Source: an uncultured Gammaproteobacteria bacterium
Lineage (GTDB): Bacteria; Patescibacteriota; Microgenomatia; 2-02-FULL-39-11
Direction of reading: 5' to 3'
Assembly: GCA_964544585.1 (NCBI GenBank)
Contig: CAZJBV010000002.1
Coordinates: forward strand, 3,468-67,467
Length of the DNA: 64,000 bases
The stretch's first letter is position 1, and the number at the start of each line of letters is the position of its first letter. Of the stretch, positions 57,242 through 64,000 are shown piece after piece. The notes under the pieces were generated by a model, which saw nothing but the letters and a program-made list of their open reading frames with translations, ran no database searches and was not told the DNA's origin. Position numbers and translations under genes: made by a program.

Positions 57242-58898
57242 TCGAAAGATCACCCGCTTCTGTATTCGTTTCTCTCGCGCGCAATACCCGCCTCATAATC
57301 TTCCCACTTCTTGTCTTTGGCAATTTCTTTACAAACTCTATCTCCCGCGGCACTTCAAATGAAGCCAACTTTTCTCTCACATGACGAACCAGAGCCCGCT
57401 TCAAGGCGCTCGTTGGCCGCACTCCAGGTTTAAGTAGTACAAAAGCTTTTACAATCTGACCGAAAATTTTATCTGGCTTACCAATTACACCGGCTTCAGC
57501 CACCCCCGGATGTGCTACCAGCACACTTTCTATTTCAAAGGGACTAATACGTTCCGCCGCACTTTTGATCATATCGTCTTGCCTCCCTTGAAACCAGAAA
57601 TATCCATCATTATCCTGATAAGCCGTATCACCAGATATATACCATTTATTTTTAAAATAAGCCGAAAATTTTTTTGGGTTATTCCATATTGCTTTCATCA
57701 GCCCCGGCCATGGGGTTCTAACCGCCAAGTGGCCGATTTGTCCGCGTGGTAATTCCTTTCCTCTGTCATCAATAATCGCCGCATAAATACCCGGCAAGCT
57801 CTTTCCCATAGAGCCCTTTTTTATTGGCAGACAACGGTAATTATTGATTAATTGATGTCCATTTTCGGTCATATACCATGAATCATGGATAGGAATACCC
57901 AAATTTTCCATTGTCCAGTCGATAAGACTAGGGTTAAGAGGTTCCCCGGCGCTGACAATATGCCGCAGAGTTGATACTTTCTTTCGGTTAAGCGGTACGT
58001 TGTAGTAACGAAGTAATCTAAATACAGTAGGAGTGCTGTACCATACATTTATTTTCATTTTAGACATGAACTTCACCCATTCAATAGGCTGAAATGGTCC
58101 CTGGTAAATATGAGCGGCAATCCCTAATAAAAATGGAGCAAAGAAATTATAGACCATGCCAGTAACCCATCCCGGATCACCTGTATTCCAATAACAATCA
58201 GTAGGTTTTAAATCCAAAACATACTTTGCCGTTACCAGATGACCGATCATAGCTCGATTAGGAAGAAGTACGCCCTTTGGTTTTGCCGTCGAACCTGAAG
58301 TATAGTGAATGATAAAAGGCGTTTCTAAACTGCCAAAATGTATGGTCGAGCCATTAGTCTTAGAATGAAACTTATCAATATTTTTATCCGTCAAAATATG
58401 CTTCACAGAGGGAATAGAGGCAAAGGAGACGTTTTTAATAAGATCGGAAGTCGTATAAAGCCAATTAGCAGTACAATCGTTCAAGCGATCTGAAATTGCA
58501 TCCCGACCAAAAGCCTGAAACAATGGGACAACAATAGCTCCACACTTTATTGCTGAAAGCATAACAACAACATATTGAATTGATTTTGCAGCATAGAGCC
58601 CAAAACGATCGCCCGCTTTTAGCCCAGATAAGTGTAAATGACTAGCCAAACTGCTTGTCTTTTCAGAAAGTTCTGCAAAAGTAATACGTTCAATTTTCCC
58701 AGAAGGAAGTTGAGTAATAATTGCCCACTTTTTTCCGTTACCTTTTAAAACTTGATAATCAGTAATTTCATAAGCATAATTTACCCGTCCGCTCTTATAA
58801 AAAGAGAATTCTTTATGCCAATCCCGCCAAGAAAAATTATTTCTTGTCTCATCATAATTAACCAGGTTTGGCCGCGTATTCAGAATGTCTGATTTCAT
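57201..58898 (-). CDS. acsA: Acetate--CoA ligase (AMP-forming), AcsA-like
   Basis: HYTSGSTAKPKG, GDPGWVTG, AGEPLNP, DSWYMTE, GDTA, LPKTRSGKIMRR; likely start ATG at 58898. Confidence 0.85.
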   Translation of the reverse strand: MKSDILNTRPNLVNYDETRNNFSWRDWHKEFSFYKSGRVNYAYEITDYQVLKGNGKKWAIITQLPSGKIERITFAELSEKTSSLASHLHLSGLKAGDRFGLYAAKSIQYVVVMLSAIKCGAIVVPLFQAFGRDAISDRLNDCTANWLYTTSDLIKNVSFASIPSVKHILTDKNIDKFHSKTNGSTIHFGSLETPFIIHYTSGSTAKPKGVLLPNRAMIGHLVTAKYVLDLKPTDCYWNTGDPGWVTGMVYNFFAPFLLGIAAHIYQGPFQPIEWVKFMSKMKINVWYSTPTVFRLLRYYNVPLNRKKVSTLRHIVSAGEPLNPSLIDWTMENLGIPIHDSWYMTENGHQLINNYRCLPIKKGSMGKSLPGIYAAIIDDRGKELPRGQIGHLAVRTPWPGLMKAIWNNPKKFSAYFKNKWYISGDTAYQDNDGYFWFQGRQDDMIKSAAERISPFEIESVLVAHPGVAEAGVIGKPDKIFGQIVKAFVLLKPGVRPTSALKRALVRHVREKLASFEVPREIEFVKKLPKTRSGKIMRRVLRARETNTEAGDLSTMDVEMNPVTVRN

Positions 58899-59006
58899 TA
58901 CATGATATAAAATACCATAGTAATCTATAACCAGCAATAGAAACAAAAGACCTGTATTTTTGAAATATTTAGTGGATTCATATAATATGTCAAGAAGAGC
59001 AAATTA

Positions 59007-59807
59007 ATGACGATGATAAAAAAACGTATATCATTTTTATTGGCTACCAAAAACAGAGGCAAGTTTTTGAAAAAAGCATTTGCGTATATTAAAAAAATCA
59101 AAAGCAGAGATGACGAATTAATTATTATCGATGGTTTATCGACCGATAATACCAAAGCAGTCATCAAAAAATATAAAGATTGGGTAGACATATTTATATC
59201 CGAAAAAGACCAAAGCGAAGCTCACGCTTTAAACAAGGGTATTCTTTTATCCCAAGGTAAATATATTAAATTTCTTACCGACGATGACATCATTTATAAA
59301 AGCGGATTAGAAAAGGCAGTTAGGATAATGGAAGAAAATCCTTATGTTGATGTACTATTATGCGGTGGCACAAGACTTGTCGAGGGGAAAAGGAGAAAGT
59401 TTTATGTCAATCCAGGCACAAATTATGGTAAAGATGTCGCAGACGTTTTTAAATACGGAGCATGTGGCATTGGGCTTGTTATCAGAAAAGATATTTTTGC
59501 CAAAGTGGGACTACTAAATAGCAAATCATTTGCCCTAGACATTGATTTTCTCACCCAGGCAATAAGTGGCGGCGCTAACGTCAGATTTTGCCGAATTCAC
59601 CTTTTCTACCACCCAATACTTCCACATAGCGGTACAATTAAAAGCTATCAAAAATGGAAGGCAGATAAAGAAAAAATAAAAAAGAGATATGGCTTAGAAA
59701 ATATAGTTCCCGGCAAAGAAGTTATATCTATCATAAAAGTCTTAAAGCAAAAAATATTAAATAAAAAAAAGCAAACTAAATATATTTGGGATGGTGGTTT
59801 CAGCTAA
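59007..59807 (+). CDS. GT2 glycosyltransferase
   Basis: IIIDGLSTD, SEKD...HALNKG, TDDD. Confidence 0.85.
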   Translation: MTMIKKRISFLLATKNRGKFLKKAFAYIKKIKSRDDELIIIDGLSTDNTKAVIKKYKDWVDIFISEKDQSEAHALNKGILLSQGKYIKFLTDDDIIYKSGLEKAVRIMEENPYVDVLLCGGTRLVEGKRRKFYVNPGTNYGKDVADVFKYGACGIGLVIRKDIFAKVGLLNSKSFALDIDFLTQAISGGANVRFCRIHLFYHPILPHSGTIKSYQKWKADKEKIKKRYGLENIVPGKEVISIIKVLKQKILNKKKQTKYIWDGGFS

Positions 59808-59812
59808 TATTT

Positions 59813-61090
59813 ATGAAGCGAATCGATATTTTATGGTTAATTGAACACGTTGCCAGAGAAATGGAAGTTGCCATAATAGCAAAATATTTCCTTGAAAAAA
59901 AATATAATTTTTCGGTAGAAATACGACATATTTATTTACATGCTGAAAATAATATGCACACAATTTATCCCCGCATTGTCTTATTGCCATTTTTTTATAA
60001 AGCAAAAGATTTAGCAGTAGAAGAGTATCTCAATCTTTGGAAAGATGCAATCTTTATCAACCTCGCCTGGGAACAAATGTTTTACAAAGCACACAAACTG
60101 ATCAAAGCTCCGCAAGATAAATGGGCAAGAGAAAAAGTTATCCATCACGCATGGGGAAAGTCATTTAAACAATATTTAATAGACCATGGTGTAAAAAAGA
60201 GAAATATTTTTTTCAACAGTAATCCAATATATGAGCTTTATTCCAACCCTCTGAAGAGGATCTATAAAACCAGAAAAGATCTTGCCAGAATATATAAAAT
60301 CCCTTTAAATAAAAAATGGATCTTTTTTCCTGAAAATTATAGATGGGCATTCTTAAGCCCGACAAAAAAGCAAAAATTTGCCTCAGAAGGCTTATCAACA
60401 AAAAATATTAAAAGTCTTTCAGCCTTTTGTAACAGCTCACTCTACGAAGTATTACATTGGTTTTTGGATAGAAAAAAAAGTAATTACATATTCATACTTC
60501 GACCGCGGCCAGCTACAACGAAACAACAGTTTATGAATATAATTAATAAGATAGCCGGAAAAATTCCCTCGGATGTATTTATCATAAAGAACGAATCAGT
60601 AAGAAATTGGGTTTTGGCAAGCGATGTGGTCGTTTCATCCTACAGTACGACACTTTTGGAGGCGTCAGTTGGGGAAAAACCAAGTTTTATTTTGGAGCCA
60701 AAGCCAATACATCCTTTACTTCGCTATAGTTGGTTCAAATTTATTAAAAGTATAAAAGCAAAAAGGGAACTCGATTCCATAATTGGAAGTAACCCAAATT
60801 CCAAAAATAAGTCATTACAAAAATGGATTGAAAAAGAATATTTTACCAATCCGACACCTATAAAAAACTTATGTAACTATATTGGAAAACTTTCAAGGAA
60901 AAATACCCAGACTATAAACCCTTTTCTCTTTCTTCGTGCGCGTACACTATCGTACTTGTTAAGAATAAGAAACTCTTTGTCAAAAAAACAGTATTTCAAC
61001 TACGAAACTCATGAGAACGATATATTTAATGTTTCTGATATTACAGAAATAAGCCAAAAGTGGAAACCAATATTAAAGATGTATGTCTAA
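59813..61090 (+). CDS. Surface carbohydrate biosynthesis protein (GT-B-like)
   Basis: IEHVARE, L.WEQ, HAWG, LRPRP, SYSTTLLEA; start at ATG 59813. Confidence 0.6.
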   Translation: MKRIDILWLIEHVAREMEVAIIAKYFLEKKYNFSVEIRHIYLHAENNMHTIYPRIVLLPFFYKAKDLAVEEYLNLWKDAIFINLAWEQMFYKAHKLIKAPQDKWAREKVIHHAWGKSFKQYLIDHGVKKRNIFFNSNPIYELYSNPLKRIYKTRKDLARIYKIPLNKKWIFFPENYRWAFLSPTKKQKFASEGLSTKNIKSLSAFCNSSLYEVLHWFLDRKKSNYIFILRPRPATTKQQFMNIINKIAGKIPSDVFIIKNESVRNWVLASDVVVSSYSTTLLEASVGEKPSFILEPKPIHPLLRYSWFKFIKSIKAKRELDSIIGSNPNSKNKSLQKWIEKEYFTNPTPIKNLCNYIGKLSRKNTQTINPFLFLRARTLSYLLRIRNSLSKKQYFNYETHENDIFNVSDITEISQKWKPILKMYV

Positions 61091-62009
61091 CCCACAATTA
61101 TCGATCATTATTTGCACCTATAATAGAGAGGAAGAATTGAAAAAATGCCTCTATAGTCTTATAGAGCAATCTTACACAAAAAAAGATTTTGAGGCTATAA
61201 TAGTTGATAATAATTCTACAGACAAAACAAACAAAATATTCCAAGATTTCCAAAAAAAACTAACTAATGCAAGATACATAGTCGAAAAAAAGCAAGGATT
61301 ATCTCATGCACGAAATAAGGGATTTGATGTCAGCCGGGGAAAATATTTAGTCTATTTAGATGATGACGTTATCCTCCCTAAAAATTACATTTCAAATATA
61401 AAAAAAGTTATTAACAAATATAATCCCGACATTTTAGGTGGTCCAATTTATCCATATTATACCACTCCAAAACCCTTTTGGTATAAAGATAGTTATGAAA
61501 CAAGGAAATATGAAAACAAATCAGGTTTTTCTACCTCCTGTAATATTTCAGGTGGTAATTTTATTATCAAGAAAGTAGTCTTAAAAAAAACAGGTAAATT
61601 TAATATTCAATTTGGCATGATAGGAGACAAAGATTGGCTCGGCGAAGAACGAGAAGTACTTGAAATCTATCGAAAAATAATACCCATAAATAAACAAAAA
61701 GTATTTTATGATCTAGACTGTTTTCTTAATCATCATGTACCAAAAAAAAAGATTAAGCTTTTTTATTTAATTAATCGAAGCTTTATAGGAGGTAGGGCAT
61801 TAGCAAGAATTTACAAGAAACATAATATAGACCCCAAAATAGGGAAAAATAAACAACTTGGTTTAATCGGAAAATTTCTGAATAATCTATACGAAATCGG
61901 TAAATTAACTTTAGAAGATATTAAAAATAGCAAAGAGCCATTTGATTTGATCGAAATTATCAGAATTACAGCATTTAGAATCGGATTAAGAATAGAATAC
62001 TTATGGTAA
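61083..62009 (+). CDS. GT2 glycosyltransferase
   Basis: LSIIICTYNR, VDNNSTD, QGLSHARN, YLDDD. Confidence 0.9.
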   Translation: MSNPQLSIIICTYNREEELKKCLYSLIEQSYTKKDFEAIIVDNNSTDKTNKIFQDFQKKLTNARYIVEKKQGLSHARNKGFDVSRGKYLVYLDDDVILPKNYISNIKKVINKYNPDILGGPIYPYYTTPKPFWYKDSYETRKYENKSGFSTSCNISGGNFIIKKVVLKKTGKFNIQFGMIGDKDWLGEEREVLEIYRKIIPINKQKVFYDLDCFLNHHVPKKKIKLFYLINRSFIGGRALARIYKKHNIDPKIGKNKQLGLIGKFLNNLYEIGKLTLEDIKNSKEPFDLIEIIRITAFRIGLRIEYLW

Positions 62010-62578
62010 AAAAACATCACTCTGCAATTGTATCTAATAAAGCTCATATAGGAGAAAAAACTATAATCTGGCATTTTTCACACATCCGGAAGAATGTAAC
62101 CATTGGCAGAAATTGTATCATCGGTCAATCCGTATATATAGATTCAAACGTCAAAATAGGAAATAATGTCAAAATCCAGAATGGTTGCTATCTCTATCAT
62201 GGATCAAACTTAGAAGATGGTGTTTTTTTAGGACCGGCGGTTATATTGACAAACGACCGCATTCCAAGGGCTATCAATCCGGATGGATCGCTTAAAAATA
62301 AAAGGGATTGGCAGGCAGGAAAGATTTTAATAAAAAAAGGAGCATCTTTAGGAACAGGAGTTATAGTCTTACCCAACATAACAATCGGCAAGTTTGCCAT
62401 GATAGCCGCGGGTTCTGTAGTGACTAAAAATGTGCCAGATCAGGCATTAGTAATGGGAATTCCAGCAAGAAATGTCGGTTTCGTCTGTATTTGCGGTGAA
62501 ACTCTTAGAAAAAAAGATTCGAATGAAAAAAGGATAAAAATTAAATGCAAAAATTGTGGCAATGAAAATCTATTATGA
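62003..62578 (+). CDS. Hexapeptide-repeat sugar N-acetyltransferase (WbpD/WlbB-like)
   Basis: IWHFSHI, IGNNVKIQN, FLGP...TND..PR, AGSVVTKNVP, C-terminal CxC..CxxC. Confidence 0.88.
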   Translation: MVKKHHSAIVSNKAHIGEKTIIWHFSHIRKNVTIGRNCIIGQSVYIDSNVKIGNNVKIQNGCYLYHGSNLEDGVFLGPAVILTNDRIPRAINPDGSLKNKRDWQAGKILIKKGASLGTGVIVLPNITIGKFAMIAAGSVVTKNVPDQALVMGIPARNVGFVCICGETLRKKDSNEKRIKIKCKNCGNENLL

Positions 62579-63669
62579 TTCCACTATCAAAACCTATTTT
62601 AGGAAGAGAAGAAGAAAGAGCAGTTTTGGAGGTACTCCGCTCAGGAAAACTTTCTCAAGGGCAAAAAGTCGAAGAATTTGAAAAAAAATTCGCTAAGTTT
62701 ATAGGTAGTAAATATGCCGTTGCTACCTCATCTGGCACCACTGCCCTCCATCTTTGCCTTTTGGTTTTGAACATCGGCCCAGGAGATGAAGTTATTACCA
62801 CCCCATTTTCATTTATTGCCTCTGCAAATGTAATTTTATACGTCGGTGCCCGTCCCATTTTCGTCGACATAAATCCCCAAACATTTAATTTAAATCCACG
62901 ACTTATTGAAAAGGCAATCACCCCCAAAACCAAGGCCATCCTTCCTGTGCATTTATTTGGCTTGCCCGCCGATATGGAAAAAATACTCTACATTGCCAAA
63001 GAATACAAACTATTTGTCATCGAAGATGCCTGTCAATCCCATGACGCCGAAGTAAAAATGGGTGCAGTTTGGAAAAAGGTTGGTTCAATAGGAGATGTGG
63101 GTTGCTTTTCATTTTACCCCACCAAAAATATGACCACCGCCGAAGGTGGCATGGTAGTCACCAACAAGAAAGAAATCGCCCAGAAAATAAAAATGCTTAG
63201 AAATCACGGAATGAGAGTTCGCTATCAGTATGAACAACTAGGATACAATTTCCGCATGACAGAGATCCAAGCTGCAATTGGCATTGAGCAATTAAAAAAG
63301 ATAGCGAAGTTTACTCATAAAAGAATCCAAAATGCAAAAATTTTGTCAAAGCTTCTTTACGGAGTCCAAATTCCGTATGTGTCCGACAATACAAAACACG
63401 TCTTTCACCAGTTCACCATCAAAGTTCCATCAACATTAAGAGATAAATTATCAAACGAATTAAATAAAAAAGGCATCGCTACAGGAATCTATTATCCGAA
63501 GATAATAACCAAATATAATATATATCGAAAGCACAATTCCAAAAATTTATTTCAGGCAGAAAAGGCATGTAAAGAAGTGTTATCCATTCCCATTCATCCC
63601 CAACTTTCCAACAGCGATTTAATGAAAATTGCCAAAATCATTAATACATTCATTAAAAATAATTCATGA
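62575..63669 (+). CDS. DegT/DnrJ-family aminotransferase (WbpE-like)
   Basis: SSGTTALH, EDACQSH, FSFYPTKNMTT.EGG, GYNFRM. Confidence 0.9.
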   Translation: MIPLSKPILGREEERAVLEVLRSGKLSQGQKVEEFEKKFAKFIGSKYAVATSSGTTALHLCLLVLNIGPGDEVITTPFSFIASANVILYVGARPIFVDINPQTFNLNPRLIEKAITPKTKAILPVHLFGLPADMEKILYIAKEYKLFVIEDACQSHDAEVKMGAVWKKVGSIGDVGCFSFYPTKNMTTAEGGMVVTNKKEIAQKIKMLRNHGMRVRYQYEQLGYNFRMTEIQAAIGIEQLKKIAKFTHKRIQNAKILSKLLYGVQIPYVSDNTKHVFHQFTIKVPSTLRDKLSNELNKKGIATGIYYPKIITKYNIYRKHNSKNLFQAEKACKEVLSIPIHPQLSNSDLMKIAKIINTFIKNNS

Positions 63670-64000
63670 TTAGAGGAAAAAGAGTACTTGTTACGGGTGG
63701 AGCAGGCTTTATCGGCAGTCACCTAGTCGATGAATTACTTAAATATGATAATAAAGTCATAGTCTTGGATGATTTCTCGTGTGGCTCTACCAAAAATTTA
63801 CAGAATGCTACGCTTAGTAGAAATTACCGACTACAAAAAGGTACTGTTACAGATAAAAAAATTGTTACAAAATTAATTGCGAGACGCGGAGTTGATATTG
63901 TTTATCATCTAGCTGCAGGCAACTTGTTGACCTCCATAAAAAATCCACATCATGATATTGACGTTACTCTTCACGGCACATTAAATATTCTTGACGCTAT
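63666..64000 (+). CDS. NAD-dependent epimerase/dehydratase (3' truncated by window edge)
   Basis: Manual translation MIRGKRVLVTGGAGFIGSHLVDELL...YHLAA; absent from the ORF track because no stop falls in the window. Confidence 0.85.
   Translation, partial: MIRGKRVLVTGGAGFIGSHLVDELLKYDNKVIVLDDFSCGSTKNLQNATLSRNYRLQKGTVTDKKIVTKLIARRGVDIVYHLAAGNLLTSIKNPHHDIDVTLHGTLNILDA

Noticed and set aside
62310-62319. GGCAGGCAGG half-site of the 20-bp palindrome
   Set aside because: Only one half; it falls in ordinary coding sequence (WQAG) with no sign of an insertion.
1149-62939. Numerous 60-126 aa alternative-frame and antisense ORFs in the ORF track
   Set aside because: They overlap well-supported genes and show no recognisable motifs, so they are treated as shadow ORFs.

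Overview
About 64 kb of AT-rich bacterial DNA (standard code; TGA used as stop) that is almost entirely one + strand, tightly coupled cell-surface glycosylation locus. It holds a Wzx-like flippase, a Wzm/Wzt ABC exporter, about 12 soluble GT2/GT4 glycosyltransferases and about 18 multi-pass GT-C-like membrane proteins, ten of them in one tandem array (10863-26635). It also holds nucleotide-sugar enzymes, tailoring enzymes (carbamoyl-, amido-, amino-, methyl- and acetyltransferases) and an ACP/AcpS/GNAT/acetate-CoA-ligase module. A small non-glycan insert lies at 2365-4968. Gene content suggests Patescibacteria (CPR, Microgenomates-like), which is inference only. The most unusual signal is a nested set of GC-rich palindromic repeats. 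A 20-bp palindrome (CCTGCCTGCCGGCAGGCAGG) occurs five times, always inside another hairpin element, including inside itself. Its main host is a CACCT..AGGTG stem-loop with compensatory stem changes, found in frame inside membrane glycosyltransferase genes and in 5' UTRs. A 185-bp MITE-like palindrome and recurrent (TTTTATC)n tracts encoding hydrophobic segments are also present. I saw no transposase, reverse transcriptase, CRISPR array, tRNA or rRNA. All product calls come from motif recognition by eye, not database searches.
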